This document shows, piece by piece, positions 1 through 43,852 of a DNA stretch of 64,000 nt (positions are counted from its first letter, which is position 1; each line of letters opens with the position of its first letter). Under the pieces are notes generated by a model. That model was not told the origin of the DNA and did not search any database. It saw only the letters and a program-made list of their open reading frames with translations. The translations under genes were made by a program, and so were the position numbers. This stretch comes from Macrostomum lignano (taxonomy: Eukaryota): the NCBI GenBank assembly GCA_002269645.1, contig NIVC01000249.1, forward strand, positions 346,752-410,751, read 5' to 3'.

Positions 1-488
1 TGTGCGGTTGGTGATTATGTGGTTGGATTGAATGACACAGAGGTCTCTTTCAGAGAGGTCCGGTCTGTGCCAAGCTTTGAGGTGGGTAGATACGAAAATG
101 GCTGCTCTGGGGTTTTGAGGGTCCTGAAAACAGTCAAAACCAGCAGGAATATTCGGAATCTTACCTTTCTTCGTCCAGGGCTCCTGAAGTAGGATGATGC
201 CCGGTATCACGAAGTTTGCCACCCGCATCAGGTTGGTAGAGGCCACGATGCAGTGGTGCAAGTTAAGCTGCAGGATGTCCACTCCGGGGATTCCACGAGT
301 GAACCGCGCAGCTTCCTGCCGGCTCAAGGCGAGTTGTGCAGGAGGGCTGCCTCTTCTGCCTCGCCGATGGCTCCAGGCTCCAGTTCCATGGGCTCCTCCC
401 GGATGGTCTCCATGGTCGAGGGCGGGGCCACCACAAGGGCGGCATTCTCGCTCTCGGCCCGGTTTTCCAGGGAGGGGGGGGCGCAGTA
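1..488 (-). CDS. Retrotransposon ORF2 N-terminus (APE endonuclease domain), truncated by the window edge
   Basis: Hand translation of the minus strand, open from ~488 to base 1: ...GVDILQLNLHHCIVASTNLMRVANFVIPGIILLQEPWTKKGKIPNIPAGFDCFQDPQNPRAAIFVSTHLKAWHRPDLSERDLCVIQ. The LQxNLHH, LLQEPW and PRAAI motifs are characteristic of LINE endonucleases. Confidence 0.85.
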
Positions 489-784
489 GCTACACTGGGC
501 TGGGGGTTGCTGCGGTTGTTGGCCTAAGCGGTGTCCAGCAGCTGCTTCGCGCGCTGAGTCAGACCAGAGCGGATAGTGTTCCGGGCGGGTTTCCGGCCCT
601 TTCCACGTCCGCCTGGTGCTGCAGCTTTCGCGGCTTTCCCCCTGACGGGGTCCACGTCCTCGGAGAGGTCGTGACGGCCGGGAGCTTCTTTTCCTGGGCG
701 TTTCCGCCCGGCAGAGCCCCCGCTCGCCCGCTTACGTTTCTCCGGGGGCGGTGAGCGGGTAGAGTCAGACTCAAAGCTAAAAAG

Positions 785-1817
785 CTAAATCTGCATCAGC
801 CCGACAGAGATAAGGGACATGTCCGGGTAGCGGAGCATCCAGCTATCCGACAGTCCGAGAATAGCCGTGAAACCGTCTCCGCCTGGCTTGGAGATGGTCT
901 CGTGAACTACGACGCCATTAGCCGGCAGCTCCGGGTTGGTAGCCACTAGCAGGCAACGCAGCTCGTCGGCCTTGGTGATGGAACTGCGAGCCGGAATCCA
1001 GGCACGGTGCCGGTGTGTCTGGGGTCGCTCGTCTTCCCTGTAGATATACAGGTTTTCCAGCTCCGAACCACAGTCGAAGGCTTTCAGCATCTCAAGGAGC
1101 TGCTGCCCAGACTGGCTGTCGGCGGGCTGGATATGAAGGGCTTGGTCCTCGACTTTCGTCTTTTGGACTTGAATAGCGGTACCGCTCAAGGTCATCTTGA
1201 CCAGGTGGGAGTCCAGCCTGCGCCAGATTTGGTCGAGCTGTTCGGCCGTAAGAGGCGTCTCCTGGCCTTAAATGATCAGGGCCGGCTGCCTCTTGGCCAT
1301 AGCCGCGTGGGTTCGCTTCGGCTTTGTGGTTTGGCCAGCACCCCCCGCTTTGGATCCCTCCGCGGCCGTGGGAGTTTCCACACGGGAAGAGGTCCCGCCA
1401 CGGGAGGGGCCAGCCGCACCAGGAGCTTCGGCGGCACCTGACGCTTCTGACCAGCGCGGGGTCCGCCCCCTTGTCGGATGTCGGCTCCTCCGCGGGATTC
1501 GCAGAGTTACCGGCATCTTCCTCGGAGGCGGCCGGAGGGGCGGCTTTCGCACTCCTCCGTTCCTCCGCTTTGCGCTGGAGAAAAGCTTTGTAGCGAGCAA
1601 TGCTACGGGCTTTCTTCTTAGAGGGCTGAGGTCCGCTGTCTTGTTGTCCAGCCGCTTCGATATTGTCCTGAGCGGCGGCAGGGGCTGACTGGGAGGCACC
1701 GGGGGTTCCAGTGTTGCGAATGTCTGGCTGGGCCGCGGTACCAACCTCGGTTGGTGCTCCAGCAGCCTCGGACGTGTCGGAGGTAAATGAATACCCCAAA
1801 CCCACCAGCCAGGCCAA
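785..1817 (-). pseudogene. Disrupted retrotransposon ORF1 (gag-like, resembling DUF4780-type ORF1)
   Basis: The basic/low-complexity N-terminus (KKKARSIARYKAFLQRK) is in the frame of ORF 1092-1817. It shifts at ~1450-1465 into the frame of ORFs 1268-1942 and 785-1195. Those two are in the same frame and separated by a single TAA at 1268-1270 (KRTHAAMAKRQPALII*GQETPLTAEQLDQIWRRLDSHLVKMTLSG). Confidence 0.65.
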
Positions 1818-2498
1818 GAGGTAGCGACCGGGGGGGGGGGGTGGCTTAAGCCCTTACCAGCCAACCGAGAAACCGAGCAACCGAGGTGGGTAGATACGAT
1901 GAGTTCGAGGTGGTCTACGCTGTCACTTGATTGGTCTGTCACTTGAAAAAACGTTTAAAGTAATGGCAAGACCAATTTAACATGAAAAATCGATTAATGC
2001 GTTGTTAGAGCAGCATGTGAGGCACAAACTAGTGTGATCAGGACTTTCTCTGACACTGTTAAGAGACCCAATCACTGTTTTAGTGTTGAAAATCGTGAAA
2101 TTTCCCATCTCCGTAGTGTATTTTTCCGAAAAGTTGCCTTCAAAACATTTACCATAGATTTCGAGTGCTGCGTCCTTCTATTTATTAAGTTGTCCTTGGC
2201 AGGAGGTGCTGCTGCTGACGCTACAGGCACTCTACCACTGGGGACAGGTGTTTCGTCGACTTCGGTCGGCGTTATTTCGTCAGGACACGTCCTCTGACGC
2301 TGCTTTAAATCAGACCAGACGACCGCGTATTTTCTGTTGCTGTTACTGTTGAGAAACTAGAAAATCAACCTCAAACTAAATAGAAAATGGCTTCATTTGC
2401 AGTTCTGAAGTTTTGCGGGTAATATCAATAATTATTAATTGTTAATGCATTATGTACGATTCTTAATTTCCGAATAATTCTGTACCAAACTTAATCAG

Positions 2499-3122
2499 AT
2501 ATTGTGGACGGCAGGATGTTCTGGGTGTTCTTGAAACGCGTTCTGGGCAATTTGAGCTTTGCTAAGACCTGGTCTGAATACGAAAATGGATTTAGTGATG
2601 GAATCGACTTCTGGATTGGAAAAGAGTCAACGAAAGTCAGGTAGGAAGAGCATCCTAGAACTGAATGTAAATGCGTTTGTTTCAGGTCTTCGCACCATCA
2701 ACGAGCTGACGGGCAGCACGCCGAGAGTGCTGCGGGTGGAGGCCGTCACCTGGGCTGACGAACTCTTCATCGCCGAGTACTCCAGCTTCACCGTAGGCGA
2801 CGCCAGCACCAACTACACCATGACTTACACCTCGTACCTGACCGCCAGCTCCAACATGACGGGAGACGCTCTGGCCTACCACAAAGGCAGCCAGTTCTCC
2901 ACTATGGACCGGGACAACGATGGCAGGTCCGGCTCCAGCTGCTCCGTGGCTCACTGCGGCAACGGCGGCTGGTGGTACTCGAGCTGCGCCTACTGCAACC
3001 CGAGCGGCGTCTACGAGACCTCCGCCATCGCTGATTCGCTCAAGAAGATGATGTGGAAATACGCCACTGGTGGCACCTATGCCGCTCTGAAAAGCATCCA
3101 GCTGATGGTGCAGATTGGTTAG
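2499..3122 (+). CDS. Fibrinogen-related (FReD/FBG C-terminal domain) protein, last exons; splice junction irregular
   Basis: The exon from 2499 encodes FWVFLKRVLGNLSFAKTWSEYENGFSDGIDFWIG. The exon 2686-3122 encodes LRTINELT...LRVE...AEYSSFTVGD...FSTMDRDNDG...C...GGWWYSSCAYCNPSGVY. These are canonical fibrinogen-domain motifs. Confidence 0.9.
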
Positions 3123-3529
3123 GTTTGGTTTGGAGCTACATGCATTGGTATACTGCAAAACTGTATAGACTGACAAAAAAGCATCTATCAGCAGTTTAGA
3201 ACCAAATATACGACGGACAGAACATCAAATATATGACGGCGGCTATAACTTTTCATGATTAGTTGAGGCTTGCAAAGATGCTCCAACGTTATTATAATTT
3301 TGAGCAATCAAATTATCTGTTCTTTGTACTTTTTCATTAGCAATCGAAATAAAACTTTCGAAATCTTATAAATCAATATTTATAAAAAATATTATCAAGA
3401 TACTTACTGACGGAAACTCGCTACACCTGTGTTCTCCAATTTTATTTCAGTTGATTTATTTAAACAGGAAACCAAATGGACGTTAGGAGACGATTTTTAT
3501 TTTAATAGGGAGTTTCAACAGCTCAACTT

Positions 3530-3960
3530 AGCGCTTAACTCTGCACCCAACTCAGTACTCAACTCTGTACTCAACTCTGTACTCAACTCAGTACTCAATT
3601 CTGTACTCAACTCTGTACTCAACTCTGTACTCAACTCAGTACTCAACTCAGTACTCAATTCTGTACTCAACTCTTTACTCAACTCTTTACTCAACTCTGT
3701 ACTCAACTCTGCACTCAACTCTGTACTCAACTCTTTACTCAACTCTGCACTCAACTCAGTACTCAATTCTGTACTCAATTCTGTACTCAATTCTGCACTC
3801 AACTCTTTACTCAACTCTGCACTCAACTCAGTACTCAATTCTGTACTCAATTCTGTACTCAACTCTGTACTCAATTCTGTACTCAATTCTGTACTCAACT
3901 CTGTACTCAATTCTGTACTCAACTCTTTACTCAGTTCTGTACTCAACTCTGTACTCAACA
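3530..3960. repeat. 12-bp minisatellite (AACTCTGTACTC)n
   Basis: About 35 direct tandem copies; these produce the spurious NSVL/STEL ORFs. Confidence 0.95.
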
Positions 3961-5913
3961 GATTATCATCGTTTTCAAAGTTCATCCATTCTCCTTTATC
4001 GTTGGAAGAGGAGTTTACTCCAACTTCATTGCTTTGTTTTTACAGGAAGCATGCATCCAATGCATTTGATCCACTCTAAAATACCGTGCATTATGCCCTG
4101 AGTCAACGAAGCATTAAGCAGTTTTAATTATTTTTAAATTTAAACTTTTCCAAATTTGTTATACACTGGTATAAACTTTTTTGCAACTGAGCGAACTTTT
4201 GTTTTACACGCGGCTCTATTCGTAATTTCAGTGACTCCAATTCTTCTATACTTGAGTCACCGATTTAATTTGGTTTCATTAGGACCAACCTGTCAGAAGT
4301 AATCACAGATGGTGTTACTTGTACGCTCGTAACACATGTATCAAAATTGAAAATCCTGTTCTACAAGTAACTATACATCTTACAAGCGTATTCCGAGCAC
4401 TGTTCGATCCATGCACTCTCATAGAGAGCTAAGCATCTTACATGTAACTGTATCCGAACAAACAAAAAATGCAAATAAATGTTCCTTATAAATACGAGCT
4501 AGCTCGTAGATTATATGTAGTTCGTAAGCATCACTGTGCAGAAAAAGTTGAGAGAAACTATAGTAGACGTGAAACCGCAGGGAAATGAATACCAATGTAC
4601 AAATTTCCAACTTGATAATTCCACCGCTGCTAAGCCAAATGCAAACGTTCTGGCAATCTAATTAGCGTTTAAACAAACCACGATAACTAAAAGGCTAACG
4701 GTCTCTCACCGAACTCGACTAATATTAAGGCTTATCTAGCTTTCTCCACCCGAACTCTAATAAAAAATAAGGCTAATTGTCTCGCTATGACTTACGATGA
4801 CGAACTGTCTGCATGTGGCTACTTCACAAAGGGCTAAAGATCACCGAACTTCTGGCTTGCGATGACTAAGGTTCTGACACAACGGCGAATGTTGGGCTAA
4901 ACGTCTCAGATCCTCTGAAATTATTATATCATTATCAATGGTCGATTATCATTTTGTGCACAATCATGGTACACACAATTACTGTAAAGGCCACTACGAT
5001 ACAGTTAATTTTATACATTCTCTTTTAAATAAGGTTACCTAGGCGGATGTCACACTAAGGCGGATCACATCACGATTTTGTACTGAATAAGCGTTACAGA
5101 AATTCTTATGTGTTCTCTTAATTTAATTTCTAGTTTTCAATTTATCAGTAAAAATCAAGAAGCATATCGATACGGTAAGATTTTAAGCACAAACGTATTT
5201 CTTTAAATTATTAACATTTGGCTTTGTTTAAACTTGCTATTGTCAATGTAAAATTCTTAGGAGACTATTTAACTTTGGATTTATCGGTAAATAACATGAT
5301 TGATTGATTTTTGTTATTGTGCAATATTGGCTACTTGATTGACAGTCTGAATTAAATTTGTCGTAGTAATTGCATTGATTTTTTATTTGGTATCAATGGG
5401 CTAGTCACAAAACTAGCTATGCGTTAGGCCTACCCAACGAGCAACACAAAAATAGCTATATACAGTGGTCCTTGGAGCAACACTTGCTACCGAGTGTACT
5501 TTATTACTCTGCCTCTGAAACGTTGAACTAATAGTATTCAGTCTATGGTCAAAACTAATAAATTTATAATTAAAAAAAAATTTTATGAGTTTTATGCAAT
5601 ATGGTTTTTAGATGAGTAAAGATGACCTTAAAATTCGGGTGTGCATGTAGATTGGTTTTGTCCATTGGTTTTTGTCTCTTTTGTCTACATTAGCTTTCCA
5701 TTTAAGATTTCGCTTTTTACACATAGCTACATTTAAATTTCGTTACAATCAACTAGAATTTTTGTCTCGGTGAATTTTTAATGCCTTTTAATTTTATATT
5801 TGAAATAAAAAAATGATTTGAACATGATAGAAAGAAATTATTGAACAATATAGCCAATAAAACTTCACTTGTGCAATTCATGTGGATTTATATTAGATTA
5901 ATTTCATATTTCA

Positions 5914-6068
5914 TACTTTTAGATTTAGGCAAAATTACTGCAAATGGCTTGGTATTAGTGTAGTAAGTAAAATACTTGTAACTACTGCTTAACTTCTTTC
6001 CAATATCATATATTGGAAAGTATCTAATACCAAGCCATTTGCAGTAATTTTGCCTAAATCTAAAAGTA
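5914..6068. mobile_element. ~155-bp MITE-like foldback element
   Basis: Perfect 45-bp inverted arms at 5914-5958 (TACTTTTAGATTTAGGCAAAATTACTGCAAATGGCTTGGTATTAG) and 6024-6068, with a 65-bp spacer. The outermost TA on each side could be a TA target-site duplication. Confidence 0.7.
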
Positions 6069-6795
6069 CAATCAAAATAGGTAAATTTATGCATTAAAAA
6101 GGAATATTTTGTATGATATTTCTGCAAAGTTCTCTTAATCCAAATTATTTAAAATATTTGATGGAATCAAGATAGTTTTGGATGTGATCTTGATCATGAA
6201 ATTTATTATTTAATAGCTAAATCAAAATTTTATGTTGAGATTTTGATGGACATTTTTTGGTAAAGAGAATATCTGCAGAATCTGCTATTAGATATTGCAT
6301 TCAATAATCATCTTCCTTCCCAGCACAGCAAAAGCAACTTTTATTTGGTTCAAATATTTAAAATGGTTAGGCCGAACCAGCCCATACCGAAAATCCAAGT
6401 TACTTGCGCTAAAAGAGAAAAGTGAAAACTTAATTTGTTTAAGTTTAATTTCAGTTTGATCTAGTGGAAAAAAGCTAGATTTTATCGCATTTTGTTGGAT
6501 TTATTTAGATGTTGTATACCGATCCGAATCCAATGCACTTTGATTTTCAACCGTTGCCCTAGCATTAATTTTTTTGCGTCTCAAACAGTTACCGACTCTA
6601 TGCGGAGTCTCAACGCAGAAAAACAACAATAACTTTTGTTGGATTTAGTTGGGTGTAGTTTAATTAAGTTGGATTTTAGTTGAATTTATTGATCGTAGGT
6701 AAAATACCTTTCAACTAAATTTCTAATTTTAGTTTTTGCTCCTCACGGCACCAGTAGTCCTTGACTTTCCTAAGGTAGACAATACATGACCTTCC

Positions 6796-33445
<26,650 letters not shown>

Positions 33446-33499
33446 GCTGAACTTCTGATCTGGCTACTTATAGTAATACGATGCAGCACTTCAAGACTG

Positions 33500-33810
33500 C
33501 CAGAGTGTACATGCCTGATGGTTTGAGTCTGGGGCTGATGTACACCCTGTGTGAGCGTGTGTGAGTGCGTGCCCTTCGTACAGTTAGTTTGTTAGAGGCA
33601 GGGGGGTTGTGTGCATCCTGGCGCACTTCAAGCGACATTGTCACACAACCGGCGAGAGGCATTGCTGCCCACTTCGCCGACTCCCCTGAGCAGGCGCACA
33701 AGCGCGCGGATACGTACGCAGTCATACGCGCAGGCACACCCTCACACAGGAGTGTACAGCGGCCCTAACTTTATTTATCGTTAGGCATGTACACTTCACT
33801 GTGCCTTGGG
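33500..33810. mobile_element. Old, degenerate inverted-repeat (foldback/MITE-like) element
   Basis: AGTGTACATGCCT...TGTACACCCTGTGTGAG (~33504-33556) is an imperfect reverse complement of CTCACACAGGAGTGTACA...AGGCATGTACACT (~33741-33796). Confidence 0.5.
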
Positions 33811-34574
33811 GGTTGGCCCTCAAGCTGGGTGTTAACTGCAGAGCAGAGCCAAGCCGAGATTCCAATTCAGGCCCAGCTTTTCCCAAATTAAATGTGACTG
33901 CACTTGGAATCGAGCCTGGGCCGCTGGCACATCAAAGCTGCAATTATCATTGAAATCTTTTTTGCAAAGATGCTGAAATTCAAAGCGTCACAACATCATC
34001 TTACCACTATGAGTAGACGACACGAATGTTTATAATATTTTTATATCAGCTGACTTGAGTTAGTTCAGATAGGTTAAAAACCCGGGCTTGGCCTTCAATA
34101 TCCTAATTTAACTAATTAATTACTACTGTTAGTAATGAGATTGGATCTGAGATGCTTCTATCGGTGTGCTTCTATTCCTATTTCATTTTTAAGGATTTTT
34201 ATCTCAGCTTTTTTCAAGTTTTTATTCTCCGGATTGAGTTTGTGATTTTTATTAATATTATAATAATATTTTCTTATTCTATCTTGGCTACTACATGCAC
34301 CCATGACAGCTTTATCCTAAATGTTTCTTTTTATCAATTCCCAATATTATTTTACACTTATATGAAATGCATGGTCGCGTGTTGGCAACTTTTTTATTAT
34401 CATATCTGTGACAAGCAATATCCGTGAGTGCAAGAAATACATTGTGTGCACTATTTTTAGACGCTTAAGTCTCCTCGAAGTCTTATTTATTGATGTTTAA
34501 CTCTTAAAAATGATTCCATAGATTTCTGATAGCTTAATTTATTTAATAGTGGCTTGTGATGAGTCTTCACCACA

Positions 34575-35582
34575 TTTTGTGCTCAAAGTGGCGCCCCTGA
34601 TACTCAAAGTGGCGTCCCTGATACTCAAAGTGGCGCTCCTGATACTCAAAGTGGCGTCCCTGATACTCAAAGTGGTTCCCTGATGCTCAAAGTGGTTCCC
34701 TGATACTCAAAGTGGCGTCCCTGATACTCAAAGTGGCGCCGCTGATACTCAAAGTGGCGCCCCTGATACTCAAAGTGGTTCCCTGATACTCAAAGTGGCG
34801 CCCCTGATACTCAAAGTGGCGTCCCTGATACTCAAAGTGGTTCCCTGATGCTCAAAGTGAAGTGGCGCCCCTGATACTCAAAGTGGCGTCCCTGATACTC
34901 AAAGTGGCGTCCCTGATACTCAAAGTGGCGCCCCTTATACTCAAAGTGGCGCCCCTGATACTCAAAGTGGTTCCCTGATACTCAAAGTGGCGCCCCTGAT
35001 ACTCAAAGTGGCGCCCCTGATACTCAAAGTGAAGTGGCGCCCCTGATACTCAAAGTGGCGTCCCTGATACTCAAAGTGGTTCCCTGATGCTCAAAGTGAA
35101 GTGGCGCCCCTGATACTCAAAGTGGCGTCCCTGATACTCAAAGTGGCGTCCCTTATACTCAAAGTGGCGTCCCTGATACTCAAAGTGGCGTCCCTGATAC
35201 TCAAAGTGGCGTCCCTGATACTCAAAGTGGTTCCCTGATGCTCAAAGTGAAGTGGCGCCCCTGATACTCAAAGTGGCGCCCCTTATACTCAAAGTGGCGC
35301 CCCTGATACTCAAAGTGGTTCCCTGATACTCAAAGTGGCGCCCCTGATACTCAAAGTGGCGCCCCTGATACTCAAAGTGAAGTGGCGCCCCTGATACTCA
35401 AAGTGGTTCCCTGATACTCAAAGTGGTTCCCTGATACTCAAAGTGGCGCCCCTGATACTCAAAGTGGCGCCCCTGATACTCAAAGTGAAGTGGCGCCCCT
35501 GATACTCAAAGTGGTTCCCTGATACTCAAAGTGGTTCCCTGATACTCAAAGTGGTTCCCTGATACTCAAAGTGGCGTTCTCA
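34575..35582. repeat. ~21-bp minisatellite (CTCAAAGTGGCGCCCCTGATA)
   Basis: About 47 copies. Only ~3 degenerate copies exist at the homologous position 52845-52900. Confidence 0.95.
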
Positions 35583-36386
35583 AGCAAGTTTTCTTCAACT
35601 GCTTTCAATTCAGCTCAGCAAAAAACTCTGTGCGGTCAGTCTGGCTTGTGAAAAATGAGCTCATCATCTTATTAGTAAAAAATTGAATATTCCGTCAGCA
35701 GTGTATTATAATAAATTTGAAAAAGCGGGCGTTTTTCGAAAAAATATCACAAATATTTGTTAATATTTGTCATGCAACAACAGAAAGCGACTGGGACAGT
35801 GGCAGTTTAACAAAGAGAAACAACGCTAACTTAAAAAAACTACTTCAACACTCTTTTTCTTTCGTTTGAGATGTAAAAAATCTATGAAAAAAAGTAGTAA
35901 AATACGAAGCACAAAGTCACATTTTTATTTTGTTTAACTGTTCTCTTATTTTAAGCGTGTCGAAAAGCATTGAACAAAGTAAAAAGCGAATTTTATCCAG
36001 GTACGAAAAGTGTTGAATAAAAAAAATATTGATCAGTAAGCGAAAACTCAGTCAGAAAACACGCAAGGCGGAACACTGATTTACAAAATAATCACATTCG
36101 AGTAAAGTTGCAGATAGTTAAAGTTGACAAAAGTTGAGTAATTCACCTAAATTTAACCGTTTCTAGATGTGTTACTTGCGAAATATTTGCTTATCTACTT
36201 TACTGAATCAGTAGTATGATTAGCATTTTTCGCACTGTAGCATCCCCACCAACAGATCGATACTTTTCAATCTTCACTTTGGAAAACAACGAAAAACGCT
36301 AATTTAGCTACTGATAGTAAAACGAACGCATTCTTCTAGTTAGCTTTGCCCAGTATCGCAAGCACAACAGAAGATACAGCCATTCA

Positions 36387-43535
<7,149 letters not shown>

Positions 43536-43852
43536 ACAGAAGACAAGTTTAACAGCAGACAAATAATAAACAATTTTTTAGTATAAATGATTTTCAAAAA
43601 CTTTTGAATGAAAACGTGCAACAACGTAAATAAAAGTGTTGTTAATTTCTAGTTTTTTAATATTTAATCAACGCTATGCGCACGCCAATATGCTGCTGAT
43701 AATAACTTTATGATTTATTCAAAACATTTTCTGACATAAATTTACTTTTAATAAAAAAAGTAAAAATCGCTTACCAAGGAAAAGGAGTGGATGTAAACAA
43801 ATCTACTAATTCAACCAAAGGAGATCTACTTGCGTTTCTAGTGGCTGCTAGA

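Larger units (their letters stand above)
1..1960 (-). mobile_element. 5' portion of an APE-type non-LTR retrotransposon (R1/LOA-like two-ORF organisation), running off the left edge
   Basis: The minus strand carries a gag-like ORF1 (~1817-785) followed by an ORF2 frame that starts with typical apurinic endonuclease motifs. The 5' boundary is approximate (drop in GC content near 1950). Confidence 0.8.

Noticed and set aside
194-1688. Plus-strand GC-rich ORFs overlapping the retrotransposon
   Set aside because: Antisense shadows of the minus-strand LINE ORFs with no recognisable motifs.
3429-4079. 216-aa NSVL-repeat ORF and the antisense STEL ORF
   Set aside because: They arise from a 12-bp tandem repeat that is stop-free in those frames; no non-repeat domain.
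33880-33935. tRNA/SINE B-box-like GGCTCGATTCC on the minus strand
   Set aside because: No cloverleaf or A-box could be built; insufficient support for a tRNA or SINE call.
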